Positions 36,181 to 49,770 of a stretch of 64,000 nucleotides of DNA are shown piece by piece. Position 1 is the stretch's first letter. The number at the start of each line of letters is the position of its first letter. The translations under genes were made by a program, and so were the position numbers. The DNA comes from Mobula hypostoma (taxonomy: Eukaryota), in NCBI RefSeq assembly GCF_963921235.1, contig NC_086097.1:120096001-120160000 (forward strand), in the 5' to 3' direction. The notes under the pieces were generated by a model. It saw only the letters and a program-made list of their open reading frames with translations, ran no database searches and was not told the origin of the DNA.

Positions 36181-39019
36181 ACATAGAACATAGAATAGTA
36201 CAGCACAGTACAGGCCCTTCGGCCCACAATGTTGTGCCGACCCTCAAACCCTGCCTCCCATATAAGCCCTTACCTTAAATTCCTCCATATACCTGTCTCG
36301 TAGTCTCTTAAACTTCACTAGTGTATCTGCCTCCACCACTGACTCAGGCAGTGCATTCCACGCACCAACCACTCTCTGAGTGAAAAACCTTCCTCTAATA
36401 TCCCCCTCGAACTTCCCACCCCTTACCTTAAAGCCATGTCTTCTTGTATTGAGCAGTGGTGCCCTGGGGAATAGGTGCTGGCTATCCACTCTATCTATTC
36501 CTCTTATTATCTTGTACACCTCTATCTTGTCTCCTCGCATCCTCCTTCTCTCCAAAGAGTAAAGCCCTAGCTCCCTTAATCTCTGATCATAATGCGTACT
36601 TTCTAAACCAGGCAGCATCCTGGTAAATGTACCCTTTTCCAATGCTTCCACATCCTTCCTATAGTGAGGTGACCAGAACTGGACACAGTACTCCAAGTGT
36701 GGCCTAACCAGAGTTTTATAGAGCTGCATCATTACATCGCGACTCTTAAACTCTATCCCTCGACAATTTATAAGCTAACACCCCATAAGCTTTCTTAACT
36801 ACCCTATCCATCTGTGAGGCAACTTTCAGGGATCTGTGGACATGTACCCCGAGATCCCTCCGGTCCTCCACACTACCAAGTATCCTGCCATTTACTTTGT
36901 ACTCTGCCTTGGAGTTTGTCCTTCCAAAGTGTACCACCTCACACTTCTCTGGGTTGAACTCCATCTGCCACTTCTCAGCCCACTTCTGCAATCTATCAAT
37001 ATCTCTCTGCAATCTTTGACAATCCTCTACACTATCTACAACACCACCAACCTTTGTGTCGTCTGCAAACTTGCCAACCCACCCTTCTACCCCAACATCC
37101 AGGTCGTTAATAAAAATCACGAAAAGTAGAGGTCCCAGAACAGATCCTTGTGGGACACCAGTAGTCACAATCCTCCAATCTGAATGTACTCCCTCCACCA
37201 CCACCCTCTGCCTTCTGCAGTCAAGCCAATTCTGAATCCACCTGGCCAAACTTCCCTGGATCCCATGCCTTCTAACTTTCTGAATAAGCCTACCGTGTGG
37301 AACCTTGTCAAATGCCTTACCAAAATCCATATAGATCACATCCACTGCACTACCCTCATCTATATGCCTGGTCACCTCCTCAAAGAACTCTATCAGACTT
37401 GTTCGACACCATCTGCCCTTCACAAAGCCATGCTGACTGTCCCTGATCAGACCATGATTCTCTAAATGCCTATAGATCCTATCTCTAAGAATCTTTTCCA
37501 ACAGCTTTCCCACCACAGATGTAAGACTCACTGGTCCATAATTACCCAGACTATCCCTACTACCTTTTTTGAACAAGGGGACAACATTCGCCTCCCTCCA
37601 ATCCTCTGGTACCATTCCCGTGGACAACGAGAACATAAAGATCCTAGCCAGAGGCTCAGCAATCTCTTCTCTCGCCTCGTGGAGCAGCCTGGGGAATATT
37701 CGGTCAGGCCCCGGGGACTTATCTGTCCTAATGTATTTTAACAACTCCAACACCTCCACTCCCTTAATATCAACATGCTCCAGAACATCAACCTCACTCA
37801 TATTGTCCTCACCATCATCAAGTTCCCTCTCATTGGTGAATACCGAAGAGAAGTATTCATTGAGGACCTCGCTCACTTCCACAGCCTCCAGGCACATCTT
37901 CCTACCTTTATCTCTAATCGGTCCTACCTTCACTTCTGTCATCCTTTTTTTCTTCACATAATTGAAGAATGCCTTGGGGTTTTCCTTTACCCTACTTGCC
38001 AAGGCCTTCTCACGCCCCCTTCTTGCTATTCTCAGCCCCTTCTTAAGCTCCTTTCTTGCTTCCCTATATTCCTTAATAGACCCATCTGATCCTTGCTTCC
38101 TAAACCTCATATATGCTGCCTTCTTCCACCTGACTAGATTTTCCACCTCACTTGTCACCCATGGTTCCTTCACCCTACCATTCTTTATCTTCCTCACCGG
38201 GACAAATTTATCCCTAACATCCTGCAAGAGATCCCTAAACATCGACCACATGTCCATAGTACATTCCCCTGCAAAAACATCATCCCATTTCACACCCGCA
38301 AGTTCTAGCCTTATAGCCTCATAATTTGCCTTTCCCCAATTAAAAATTTTCCTGTGCTCTCTGATTCTATCCTTTTCCATGATAATGCTAAAGGCCAGGG
38401 AGCGGTGGTCACTGTCCCCCAGATGCTCACCCACTGAAAGATCTGTGACCTGACCCAGTTCATTACCTAGTACCAGATCTAGTATGGCATTCCCCCGGTC
38501 GGCCTGTCCACATACTGTGACAGGAATCCATCCTGGACACACTTAACAAACTCTGCCCCATCTAATCCCTTGGAACTAATCAGGTGCCAATCAATATTAG
38601 GGAAGTTAAAGTCACCCATGATAACAACCCTGTAATTTTTGCATCTTTCCAAAATCTGCCTCCCAATCTGCTCCTCTGTATCTCTGCTGCTACCAGGGGG
38701 CCTATAGGATTCCCTCAATAGAGTAACTGCTCCCTTCCTGTTCCTGACTTCCACCCAAATTGACTCAAAAGAGGATCCTGCTACATTACCCTCCCTTTCT
38801 GTAGCTGTAATAGTATCCCTGACCAGTAATGCCACCCCTCCTCCCCTTTTTCCACCCACTCTATCCCTTTTAAAGCACTGAAATCCAGGAATATTGAGAA
38901 TCCATTCCTGCCCTGGCGCCAGCCAAGTCTCTGTAATGGCCACTACATCATAATTCCATGTATGTATCCAAGCTCTCAGTTCATCACCTTTGTTCCTGAT
39001 GCTTTTTGCTTTGAGGTAC
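36181..39019 (-). mobile_element. Young CR1 LINE of a second family, nearly complete ORF2
   Basis: Endonuclease (AITETWL, MGDFNFP, SDH), 598-aa ORF 36746-38542 with KFADDTK, C-terminal ORF 36244-36732; (CATAGAA) tail; a few frameshifts. Confidence 0.97.
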
Positions 39020-42000
39020 TGTTACGTACCCCGTAACTGGGTTGCCAAACCAGCAGAAATGGATCACTCAGTTGGAGTCTGGATTACTAGAACTAAGAAA
39101 GTTTTATTAAAGTAACAAGCAACACAGTAATCGAAAGGATAATAAATGCAACAGTTCAGCGATGATAAACACACATGTGCACAGAATTAAGATAACAGCA
39201 TCAATCAAGCTCTATCGTTGTCTAGGGGTAAATGACCAAATTTCAAAGTGACTCAAAGTTCAGTCCAGTTTAGTAGTTCAGTTCGCAGTAATTGTTGCCA
39301 TGGCGATGGACAACGTGGGGGGGGGAGAGAGAGAGAGAACAGGAACAACTGATCATTCAGACACGGCTTCACTCACAGACCGGCGATATGGCTCACAAGC
39401 AGCTTTTGGGCAGGTCCTTGGTGATGTCAACTGAGGTCACCGACTGTGACCCCTCCTCCAGATGCGGTCGATCCTCTGCAGTGAACCCGGCACCCAGGCA
39501 AGGGCGGACACACACCGGGTTCCCGCTGATCATACCTTTCCACCCTGGCCGTTGTCTGGTACTTCCCACCGACTCGTGAGAGGCGTACCGCTTCCAGGGT
39601 CTCGTTACCTCGGGTGGCGTGTGTGTGTCACTGATGCTAACCCAGGCCAGCAGACATCTTAATTTTATGTGTATTCTCATCACACTTCCTCCCTTTAAGG
39701 ATTTTTACCGGGAGGTAAAAATTATAAATATGAATACATTATTTGATACACACACAAATATACATCTTTATCAGCTATTTGGCTAACACAGCGAGTTTGA
39801 AGCTGTCAACACCTTGACAGACAGTCATCACATTTTCTGTTCCTTTTATATGTGTTATTAATAATCCCTTAGACCAGGCTCCAACTCAGCAAACTTCATA
39901 GTGGCCAAAAACACTGATGAATTGCGATCAATGTAACCTCTCATTTGGCTTTGTCCCGGACCACAATAACAAGGGTCGTCCCATTCCGACTCAGTTTTCT
40001 CTCGCAAGGGCTTAGTAGGAGGGGGACGGGTATTGACCGCAGAGTTATTGCAAAACTTCCTGCAGTACCCCACCATCTCCAAGAGCCTTCTGAGGGCCCT
40101 CTTGTCTGTTGGGAGGTCAGCGATAGCCTGCACTGTAGCTTGCATTGCTGCCAGCTGCCCCTGTGTCACCACAATTCCCAGGTAAGTGACCCTCGTGTGG
40201 CCGAATTCATTTTTTTCAAGGTTCACTATCAAGCTGGCTTCAGACAGCCGTATTAAATTGCCAATACACACCTCTGTGTTCATCAGCCCTTTAGTCACTG
40301 AATTACTCATTATATATGACTGTTGTTTACTAGGCTGACCTATTGTAACAGACATCATCCAACGTCCCAGTTCTTTGCATTGCCTCGGGACAATCAAACA
40401 CACGGGTGCGAGTCGTTTAATTACTTCTTCTAAAGATTCGCTTTGTTCGGGGATTAAGGGAGAGACCTTATCAGTAGACCTGGCCAAAACAATAGCCTTC
40501 TCCCATCTGATCGATCCCATACTAATCTTTTCAAAATGGTTTTTTCCTCTTATCAGGGGGCCCCTAGCTTCATTGATTTCCACGCTAACACCGACTAGGT
40601 TTGTTAGTATATCAAAAGCCGGTGACCATCTCAGTTCGCGTCGGTCATGATCAATAACATTCTTCCCCCTGGGCAGCCGGTAAATCTCTTTCATGATTCC
40701 ACCAACTGTTTCCTCCAGCACCGCAAAATGTCCACCGGGGGGTACCTCGTGGGCCATGTTAAAAACCTCATCCCCATAACTCTTTTGCACCACCCCCCAT
40801 TCCTCATCTGCGGGTACTGTACTTGATTTCCCTTTTTTCCTTAGCAATTCCTCCTCCACACAATAGCCTACTAGTTCCCTTGTTAAAGCTGTGTCAGAGA
40901 GAGCTGTCTCTGCCAAAACCATCAGCCCCTCGTCTCGCTCCTGCGTCTGCACAAATTCTTTCCTGGCTACTGCTACGTCTGTCCCAGCTCCCTCACTACC
41001 TCTTGTCTCACTACACCCCGTCTCATACAAGGTTGGCAGAAACGTTTCAGCTAAATTCACTATCGCGGTCCCGTGATGAACCTGTGAGTCCATGGGCAGG
41101 GCCTCAATGCTGGCAGGCTGACCTGTCAATCTCATGACTGGGAACACGATTCCTCCGGCGATGTCATTACCGAGCAAGACTTCCACGTCTTTCATCGGTA
41201 ATTCGGACCTCACCCCGATCGTGACTAGTCCAGAGACCAGGTTGCTTCGTAAGTGTATCTGGTACAAAGGGACTGACTCTGTCCCTTCCCCAACACCTTT
41301 GACCTTGACCTCCCCAGTCTGGGTTTCTGAGCTAAACTCTAATACACTCTTCAGTATTATTGACTGACACGCTCCCATGTCTCTCCAGATCCGCACTGGA
41401 ACTGGTTTTAACCCCTCCTTCACTGACACCAATCCGGCCGAGATAAACCTCTCATGCCCTTCCTGGACTTTTTCAGACCTGTCCTTCCCTAGCGGTTCGC
41501 TTAACAGCTCGATACAGCCAGTCAAAATCGCAGTTTTTCCTTTTCCCGTCTCCTTCTTTGGGGCAAAGCACCTGGACGCAAAGTGTCCGGCTTTCCCACA
41601 GACGACCCCAGGAGACTTCCTACCAGACTGCTCCCGGTCTACCTTATCCTTTTCACTAGTCCCCGGCTTACTTTCTGACTTTTCCGGCGGACTCTCCCCG
41701 CCGTCCTGACTACCCTTCTGGTAGCCTTTACTCGGGGCAAACTTCATTTTATGCGTCAACGCATACTCATCCGCTAACTTAGCAGTTGCGGCTAACGTGG
41801 CTGCCTCTTTCTCATCGAGGTAGGGTCTCATACCCTCAGGGACACAACCTTTAAACTGCTCAATCAGGATCAGTTGTAGCAGTCTGTCATAATCCCCCTC
41901 TACCCGCTTCGAGGCGCACCAACGCTCACAATATGTCTGCATCTCACGGGCAAATCCAAATACGTGCGGTCCCACTGCTTCCTCGCATTCCGGAACCTCT

Positions 42001-43296
42001 GCCGGTATGCCTCCGGGACCAACTCATAAATCCTGAGGATGGCCTCTTTCACCACCTCATACCTTTGGGCATCTTCCGCGGATAAAGCGGAGTAAGCTTC
42101 TTGGGCTTTCCCTTTCAGTACAATCTGAAGTAACACAGCCCACTTATCCCTCGGCCATTCCTGACTTATAGCCACTGTTTCGAAATGGAGAAAGTACCGA
42201 TCCACGTCGGTATCGTCAAATGGGGGAACCAGCCTAACCTCCTGGGTCGCCCGGAACCCTCCACCTTGGTTCGGCACGAGCCCCTGCTCGGCCCTTATCT
42301 TTAACTTCTCCAGCTCAAATTCCCTTTCCCTCTGTTTCTCCTCTCTCTCCAACTGTCTGTCCCTCTCTTTCTCTTCTCTCTCCAACTGTCTGTCCCTCTC
42401 TTGCCTTTCTAACTCTCTCTCTCTCTCTTCGTGTTCTAACTGCCGTACCCGGAACTCGTGCTCGAGTCTCAGTTTTTCAAGCTGTACCTGTACCGCGTCT
42501 CCAGCAGGTTTTTCAATAGACACCACCCCCAGCTCACCTTGGGGAAACACACCTTTAGATACATAGTGCTCTGTGTATCTCCTCTCTCCTCATTGTCGAC
42601 TTCACCTTTGCAAGATTCAACCGTTTGGCCACAGCTATCAATTCCGATTTCCTGGCATCCTCTAATGCCTCCAAGGTCGGCGCCTTTATAAATTCCTCAG
42701 CCTCCATTTCTGCTGTTTGTCTTTTCTTTCTTTCGGGAATTTTAACCCAATCAATTTACTCCGTCCTCAAATTTAGCGTTCAAAATCGCGGACGAGAACC
42801 CCACTTACGTTACGTACCCCGTAACTGGGTTGCCAAACCAGCAGAAATGGATCACTCAGTTGGAGTCTGGAGTACTAGAACTAAGAAAGTTTTATTTAAG
42901 AAACAAGCAACACAGTAATCGAAAGGATAATAAATGCAACAGTTCAGCGATGATAAACACACATGTGCACAGAATTAAGATAACAGCATCAATCAAGCTC
43001 TATCGTTGTCTAGGGGTAAATGACCAAATTTCAAAGTGACTCAAAGTTCAGTCCAGTTTAGTAGTTCAGTTCGCAGTAATCGTTGCCATGGCGATGGACA
43101 ATGTGGGGGGGGGGGGAGAGAGAGAGAACAGGAACAACTGATCATTCAGACACGGCTTCACTCACAGACCGGCGATATGGCTCACAAGCAGCTTTTGGGC
43201 AGGTCCTTGGTGATGTCACCTGAGGTCACCGACTGTGACCCCTCCTCCAGATGCGGTCGATCCTCTGCAGTGAACCCGGCACCCGGCAAGGGCGGA
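39020..43296 (-). mobile_element. Non-autonomous Gmr1-like LTR element (element 2)
   Basis: LTR 39020-39684 (internally deleted relative to solo LTR 54081-54941), PPT adjacent; second LTR from 42808 truncated at 43296; PBS-like ATCGCGGACGAGAACCCCA 42785-42803. Confidence 0.93.
39858..42707 (-). pseudogene. gag fused to a deleted pol mosaic (705-aa open portion 39858-41975)
   Basis: ATG at 42707 (MEAEEFIKAPT), gag VPPFDDTDVDRYFLHFE..YELVPEAYRQRFR, frameshift at ~41955, then QLILIEQFK, RDMGACQS, AHEVPPGGHF, EVCIGNL, FGHTRVTYLG, KRALRRLL.MVGY. Confidence 0.85.
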
Positions 43297-46200
43297 TAAA
43301 TCAACTGACCTTAATTTCCTTTAGAGAGAGAGAGCACCTTTTTGCATGAACTCATTGCCCTTTTGCAAGAGTTATCTCGATGCAGGTCTCTCCAATGAAG
43401 GCTCAATAAGGTCGATTCTTTATTAAACTGCCAAACGATGCTGACTTCTCTCGATCCTTCACTTGGATGAATTCTTCACTCCCCCTTCAAAACTGTCAGA
43501 ATTGAGTAAATTGGCAATTCCAGCCACAAATTTCCAGTTCAATAATACATATCTTGTAAGAGAACGCACCTTCCATTTTAAAAATGAAATTGCATTACAA
43601 AAACAAACATGCAACAGAAACGGAGGCACAACACGTTCTACCTGGAAATCTAAAAACTCAAAAACTAACTGCGTCACCTGGGTCGACCCTTATATAGTCA
43701 CGGGGCACATGTCATCGCATGACCTCACAACGGTGGGAAAATCACATCAGGTGACCTCCAAAAGACCATTACATCATTCTCACACCTCCCTTCAAAAAAA
43801 ATTTGGTCTCTTGAAGAACAAAATTTTAACAATTTATACAAAAAAATACAAAAGTATAAAATTTACAAAATACACAATATATACAATCATATCTTTCAGC
43901 CCTTTACAAACTAATGTACAGTAGGAATTTTACAAATGATAAAATGATAAAATATCACTCCAAAAAAAAACAAATTTTCATTGTACATTTAACATCTAGA
44001 CAAACAGTCAGCGATCACATTGTCTTTACCCTTGATATGAGTGATCAAAATATTGTACTCCTGTAACATTAAACTAGATTATTAAATTGGAGTTTAATTT
44101 CCTTAACCCTTTTCCTTAACAGTCACAATAGCAACCTCTCTCTCATAATATGGTTTTATCATATTTGTATGACACAGCTGTGTTGTCTTTCCCCTATCTG
44201 GGGTTTTTACCACATAATCCACCTCACTCACCTTAGATTTAATCTCATAAGGACCATGGAATTTTGCTTGTAATGGGTTCGTTTGCACTGGGAAAACAAC
44301 CAACACCTTATCTCCAGGCTTAAGTGACCTCATCCTAGCTTCCTTATCATACCACGTCTTCACCTTCGCTTGAGCTAACTTTAAATTTTCCTTGGCCAAA
44401 CTACAAGCTTTGTACAATCGCTCTTTAAATTTCAAAACATAATCTAACAAACTAGTGTGTACTTCTTTATTAATCCACTGTTCCTTCAACAAGGCCAAAG
44501 GTCCTCGAACTCTATGTCCAAACACAAGTTCAAAAGGACTAAAACCTAATGAGTCCTATACTGCCTCCCTTACTGCAAAAAGTAGTAAATGTACACCTTC
44601 ATCCCAAACCTTTTCATTTTCTACACAATATGTCCTAATCATAGTTTTTAGTGTAACCTGATGATTAACTTGCCGTTCCTCACTAGCAGGAATTATAGGC
44701 AATCTTCACTTTCTCATTAATACCCCCTTTTCAAAATAATATCCAACTGGTACTTTTCCAATTTCAGTATCCGGAAGAGCTTGTTCTTTTAATTTAACTA
44801 TCTCAGGATCTCTACCCTGCTCTGCTGTCATCTCCTTCTGAGATAAAGACAAATCTTCCTGATCAGACTTACCATCAAAATCCTGATCAAATAATGTAGG
44901 TAAGAAAGTTTCTGATACATCCTCAAAATTCGAATCTTGATTTGAACTGTCATGGGTAACAACAACATCCTTCACATCAGTCTTTTTAGCCATAGCTCTT
45001 GTTATAACACAGGAAGAATCTGTGTTAGAATCCCTCTGTGGTTGCTCAGAATTTGAATTTATTGTCAAATGCACTTCAGGAAAAACTTGTCCACCTGCTA
45101 AATCATTCCCTAACAAAAGAGAAACATCATTCACAGGTAAACTGGATTATAGTCCTACTTTAAAAACCCCTGTAACTAATCCTGACCTTAAATTTACTCT
45201 ATGTAAATGTACTGGCATAAGGGCACTCCCTACTCCTCTTATATAATTTACCTCATCAATGTCAGATTCATCACTAAACCTCAGCACACTGTCTAATATT
45301 AGTGATTGCGAAGCTCCAGTATCTCTAAGTATCCTTATTGGTACTGCATTGGATCCTTCTTTCAAGGATGCAAATCTTTCTGTTATCAAAGCTTCATATT
45401 CCTTCTTAACTTGGTCAGACTCTGACACATCTTCATTAATATTTTCTAAACCTTGTAGCTTTACAGGTTTTTCCATATACTGCACACAAGCATCTGGGGC
45501 CATTTGTTTCTCTTTCCGTTTCAATCGGAAGCAATTAGCCACTACATGTCCAGGTTTCTAACAATAATTACAAATAATACCAAAATGTCTTTCCTTCACA
45601 TGTCTCCCTTCATCCTTACTTTTCTCACCAACTTCAGATTTAATTTCTGATTTACCTTAACTCTCCGTGCTAGTTTTCTTTTTAAAAGTTTTACCTGGAG
45701 AAAATTTATTCTTGTGAATTAAAACATACTCATCAGCCAATTTAGAAATCTCCTGCAACGTAGCAGTGTCCCATTCATTTAAGTATGTTCTCACTTCAAC
45801 AGGAATGCGTCTTTTAAATTCCTCCTGCAAAATCAGCTCTTTCAATTTATTATACTCCCCATTCACATTTTTAGAGGAAACCCATCTCTCAAAACACACA
45901 GATTTCTCATAGGCAAATTCCACGTAAGTTTTTTCCACCGATTTCTTCAAACTTCTAAATCTTTCTTTATATGCTTCCGGAACCATTTCGTATGCCTTTA
46001 ATATATTTTCTTTAACAATATCGTAATCCAGTGCTTGTTCAGCATTTAAAGCTGTATAAACTTGTTGTGCCTTGCCTTTAATTACATTTTGCAACATCAC
46101 TGGCCATTGGTCTTTCGGCCGCTTTAAACTGAGAGCAATTGTTTCAAAATGTAGGAAATATGCATCCACATCAGCTTCATTAAATGGAGGAGCCAACACA

Positions 46201-47647
46201 ACCTCACGACTAGCAATAAATTGTTTCGTAGAACCAGAAGATTGACTCCCGAACTTTAATTTCTGCATCTCTAGCTTGAATTTCCTCTGGTTTTCAGCTT
46301 CTCTTTCTGCAAACTCCCTTTTTCTAAGGGCTTCTCTTTCCTCAAATTCCCTTTTTTTTATTAGCCTCTCTTTCGGCCATTTCCACTTTAAATGTTTCAA
46401 ACTTTAACTGTTCAAGATGCAACTGCATTTCCAGATCACTCAGTGGAAACTTAACTAACACCTCCTGATCAAACAATTCCAAATTAATGTTCAGCAACTT
46501 TTCTTTGTATGAAAGCTTTGGTGGAATTTCTCGTAATCCCTTTCATATCCAAACTCTTAGCAATCTCCAATACCACAGGTTTTCTCGCAGTCTCAAAAAA
46601 TCCTGAGTCAGGCGCCTTCAAAAAACCGTCAATATCCATTGTTGCTGAATACAACACACACACCAATCAAACCCCAAAAAAATCAGGTATTCTCCTTCCA
46701 AATGAAAATGGCAATTACCAGCAATTAAACTAAAAATTGGAACATATCCCGGACGAGCCCCCACAATTTATGTTATGTAACCGGTAACAATGAATATTAA
46801 TCGAGACAGGTTATATAAAAACAACCAAACATTTATTAAACACATATAAATGATAAGGAAAAAAACAAAGGAAAACCTTCACCGGAAGTTAGCAGGTACG
46901 CAGCCGTTCACCAACTCCCCTCCGCTCTGGTTCTTAAAGCATTAAATGCGGGAACAGTTCTTAAAGCGATACAGTCAGATATAGTTCTTAAAATGATAAC
47001 TTCGAAAGTCCAACAGTTTTACACATTCAGTTGGGAGAGACTTCTCTGGAGAAAGATTTCTTCACCGACGCACCTTTACTGCTGGTTCTGTCCACAGGAT
47101 TCCTGATGCTGAAAATAAACAGTTTAAATCAACTGACCTTAAATTCCTTTAGAGAGAGAGAGAGCACCTTTTTGCATTAACTCATTGCCCTTTTGCAAGA
47201 GTTATCTCGATGCAGGTTCTCTCCAATGAAGACTCAATAAGGTCGATTCTTTATTAAACTGCCAAACGATGCCGACTTCTCTTGATCCTTCACTTGGATG
47301 AATTCTTCACTCTCCCTCCAAAACCGTCAGAATTGAGTAAATTGGCACTTTCAACCACAAATTTCCAGTTCAATAATACAATATCTTGTAAGAGAATGCA
47401 CTTTCTGTTTTAAAAATGAAACTGCGTCACAAAAACAAACACGCAACAGAAACGGAGGCACAACATGTTCTACCTGGAAATCTACAAACTCAAAAACTAA
47501 CTGTGTCATCTGGATCGACCCTTATATAGTCACGGGGCACATGTCATCACGTGACCTCACATCGGCAGAAAATCACATCAGGTGACCTCCAAAAGACCAT
47601 TACGTCATTCTCACAAAAAAAAAACAGATCTCCTTGAGCATGTAACA
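43297..47647 (-). mobile_element. Deleted Gmr1-type Gypsy element (element 3): gag, protease, integrase C-terminal part only
   Basis: Complete LTR 46771-47647, partial LTR 43297-43783; gag ORFs 45657-46666, LRDTGASQS, FGHRVRGPL; RT, RNase H core and most of integrase missing. Confidence 0.95.
46746..46763 (-). promoter_or_regulatory. Primer-binding site for tRNA-Pro
   Basis: + strand ATCCCGGACGAGCCCCCA equals the 3' 18 nt of vertebrate tRNA-Pro including CCA. Confidence 0.92.
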
Positions 47648-49770
47648 GGGACAAAGAAATGGCTGATGAAATGAATAAACATTCTGCATCCGTCTTCACT
47701 GTGGAACACATTAGCAGTAGGTCAGAAATCCGGGAGTTGTAGACAGTAGAAGTAAATGCAGTTACTATTACTTAGATAAAGGCGCTTGTGAAGCTGAACG
47801 GTCTAAAGGTAGATAAAGTCACCTGGACCAGATGGCCTTCACCACAGGGTTCTGAAATAGGCAGCTGAAGAGATTGTGGATGCATTAGTAATAATCTTTC
47901 AATAATCACTAGAATCTGGAATGGTTACAGAGTTCTGGAAAATTGTGAATGTCATTCCACTGTTTAAGAAGGAAGGGAGGTAGAAGAAAAGAAACTATAG
48001 GTCAGTTAGCCTGAATTCAGTGGTTAGGATGATGCCAGTGTTCATTATTAAAGATGAGGTTCTGGGGTATTTGGAGGCACATGATAACATAGGCCAAAGT
48101 CAGGATGGTTTCCTGAAGGGTAGATCTTGCCTGACAAATCTGTTGAAATTCTTCAAGGAAATTATAAACTGGATAGACAAATGAGGGTCAGTGGATTTTG
48201 TTTAATTGGATTTTCAAAAGGCCTTTGATGAGGTGATGCACGAGACAGCTTAACAAGGTTACAGCCGACGATACTACGGGAAAGATATTAGCAAGGATAG
48301 AAGATTAGCTGACTGGCAGGAGGCAAAGTGTGAGATTAAAGGAGGCCCTTTCTGGTTGGCGTTGGTGACTAGTGTGTTCTGCAGGGGTCTGTGTTGGGAA
48401 AGTTTCTTTTTATATAATATGACAATGATTTGGTTGACAGAATTGATGGCATTGTTTGCCAGATTTGTGGATAATATGAAGATATGTGGAGGGGCTGGTA
48501 ACGTTGAGGAAACAGGGAGTCTGCGGAAGGACTTACACAGATTGGGGGAATAGGCAAAGAAGCAGCAGATGGAATATAGGGTAGGGAACTAGTTTGGCAC
48601 CTTGGTGGAAGGAAAAAAGACATAGACTATTTTCTAAATTTGGGAAAAATTCAAAAATCAGTCATGCAAAGTAACTTCAGAGATGTTGTGCAGGATTTCT
48701 TAAAGGTTGGCATGGGACAGTGGCCACACCCCAGTACACCACTTCGACAGGCGGAGTAACCGGGTAACACATAACCGGGAACCTCCAACCCTGATGAGAT
48801 AGGAATGTGCCCAACCCAGTCCCGGCAGACTGGGCAGATGAGATCAACTAGAAGATCCAATGACCAAGTAGGTGGTACTGCAATGTTTTGTGGAGAGTGG
48901 GAGGCATGACAAGGCAAAGGGTATGGCTATCCACAGCGGCTGAGGAAGACTTTTGGATAATTTTCTGTACAATTGGACTGATATTTTTGAGACTAAGAGA
49001 GTGGAACTGCCTCAGTGCAAGGCTTTTTTCACTATAACACTCCTCCTGCACCGGTTATATCATTGTCAGAAACGATGGACAACCAACACATAACTTGTAG
49101 GTTGAGTTGGTCCTACAGAAGGGAAATGCAATGTTAGCATTCATTTCAATTGGACTGTAAAAGAAAAGTAAGGATGTAATATGAGAGTTCATAAAGCATT
49201 TACGAGATTGCACTTAGAGTATGGTGAGCAGTTCTAGGCACCTCATCTAAAAAAGATGTGCTGGCATTAGAGATGGTCCAGAGGATGTTCACGAGAATAA
49301 TTCTGGGAATGAACGTGTTAATGCATGAGGAGCATTTGATGGCTCTGGGCTTGTACTCACTAGAATCTAGAATATTGAGTGGGGATCTCACTGAAACCTA
49401 TCGAATATTGAAAGGCCTAGATAGACTGGATGTAGAGATGATGTTTACTATAATGGACGAGTCTAGGACCAGAATACACAGCCTCAGAACAGTGGGATGT
49501 CCATTTAGAACAGAGATGGGAAGGAATTTATTTAGGCTGAGGGTGGTAAATCTGTGGAATTCATTGCTACAATCGGCTGTGGCGACCAAGTCATTGGGTA
49601 AATTTAAAGCAGAGCCTGATCGGTTCTTGATTAGTCAGGACTTCAAAGACTATGGGTAGAAAGCAGGAGAATGGGGTTGAGAGAGATAATAAATAAGCCA
49701 TGATGGAATTGTGGAGCAGACTTTATGAGTTGAATGGGCTAATTCTACCCCTATGTCTTATGGCCTTATG
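47648..49770 (+). mobile_element. 3' part of old CR1 LINE (RT to 3' UTR), with a ~380-bp insertion at ~48710-49090
   Basis: GDKEMADEMNK, SPGPDGLH, DFQKAFD, RFVDNMK, ORF 49258-49659; the insertion resembles the reverse complement of 52160-52310. Confidence 0.88.

Noticed and set aside
34025..38324. Numerous + strand ORFs
   Set aside because: Antisense shadows of CR1 ORF2
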